Shown piece after piece: positions 63,239 to 64,000 of a stretch of DNA of 64,000 nt. Made by a program: the position numbers and the translations under genes. The DNA is from Leptolyngbyaceae cyanobacterium (GTDB lineage Bacteria; Cyanobacteriota; Cyanobacteriia; Phormidesmidales; Phormidesmidaceae). Below the pieces are notes generated by a model, which was not told the origin of the DNA, searched no databases, and saw only the letters and a list, made by a program, of their open reading frames with translations. Each line of letters begins with the position of its first letter. Within the stretch, counting starts at the first letter, position 1. The stretch covers positions 3,232,001 to 3,296,000 of the forward strand of contig CBDHHL010000032.1 in the NCBI GenBank assembly GCA_965263355.1. The letters are read 5' to 3'.

Positions 63239-63628
63239 ATGGATTACGTTTACTATTTATCCAATGCCAGTCTTGTTCTGCGAGTCGTTGAACGGCTACA
63301 TCGACTAACTCAGTTGCCATTAGAGTTTTTAAGTGTGATCCATCGCATTGACGGTTGGATTATTCGAGTCAGGCTACATGAGAGTGTTTCTCCAAACATA
63401 GCTGCTAATTTTCAAGCATTTTTAGATGAAGTAGGCGGTCGCTCTAAGCCAGGTTATCGCATTCGGATGGCTCTCTGGGGTTTAGAGACGGGGCAAACAG
63501 CTGTGGATGTTATGCGTCGCTATCAGGTGGCTGTGGTTTCCCATGGCAAACCCGACCGTTACGAAATTGAAGAATTTCGCAAGCAATTTGTTCAAGGGTT
63601 AGGCTATTGCCCAGAGACTTTGGCCTAA
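63239..63628 (+). CDS. Hypothetical protein
   Basis: Intact 129-aa ORF ending GLGYCPETLA, divergent from queA. Confidence 0.75.
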   Translation: MDYVYYLSNASLVLRVVERLHRLTQLPLEFLSVIHRIDGWIIRVRLHESVSPNIAANFQAFLDEVGGRSKPGYRIRMALWGLETGQTAVDVMRRYQVAVVSHGKPDRYEIEEFRKQFVQGLGYCPETLA

Positions 63629-63667
63629 TTTATTCCTGAGGTGGGCATTGCCTGCTCTTTCATATAT

Positions 63668-64000
63668 TTAACCTTCAATCGCATTCACCAAGTAGTCCTG
63701 TAGTACCAGATAACGCTGACTGTCGGGTAGTTCTAGCTGTGTTCTGGCGACTTTCGGTGGAGCTGCATGACAGCTGACTAAGGCGACATCCAAGCGGCAA
63801 GGCAGATGGGCTAGATGGGGATGACGGGTTAAAAATAAGCGTGCTGTCTTCCAAAGTTTTTTTTGTTTAGGGCGGGTGATTGAGAGGAGGCCATCCAGAT
63901 CCCAATTGCCTCGACTACGAGTTTTGACTTCTACAAAGATCACCATTTGGCTGCTGAGTTTGCCGCCTTGGGTGTTATAACCTTGGGCTACGATGTCTAA
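63668..64000 (-). CDS. YraN/UPF0102 family nuclease-like protein (5' end outside the window)
   Basis: LDIVA...[24 protein letters not shown]. Confidence 0.9.
   Translation of the reverse strand, partial: LDIVAQGYNTQGGKLSSQMVIFVEVKTRSRGNWDLDGLLSITRPKQKKLWKTARLFLTRHPHLAHLPCRLDVALVSCHAAPPKVARTQLELPDSQRYLVLQDYLVNAIEG

Overview
A 64-kb chromosomal window from a cyanobacterium. The assignment rests on 26 HIP1 GCGATCGC octamers (counted by eye), ndhM, desB, the thiO-thiG fusion and NtcA/RpaB-type boxes; the gene set suggests a filamentous Leptolyngbya-like strain (inference). Most of the window is housekeeping: menG, thiC, pyrE, cimA, pgeF, iscS, murF, moeB, rlmH, queA and two tRNAs. The standout is a ~9.5-kb divergent redox locus at 25233-34709. 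Its right arm encodes a membrane-anchored tandem globin, two multiheme c-type cytochromes (11 heme motifs together, one of them CX4CH), a DUF3365/Tll0287-like heme lipoprotein, a His-containing membrane protein and a membrane thioredoxin. Its left arm encodes its own split CcsB/CcsA heme-attachment system and a Tat Rieske lipoprotein. Two NtcA boxes lie in the shared intergenic region, which suggests a nitrogen-regulated NO/nitrite-handling electron-transfer system. Other notable items are a vanadium haloperoxidase; a TPP-riboswitch-controlled sodium:solute symporter upstream of thiC; a PP2C / CHAT-FHA / possible PatU3-like signalling cluster; an orphan HerA ATPase; decayed genes next to tRNA-Gly; and a REP-like palindrome translated within the ThiO-ThiG linker. 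No CRISPR array, rRNA or transposase was seen. All family assignments come from motif recognition, not database searches.
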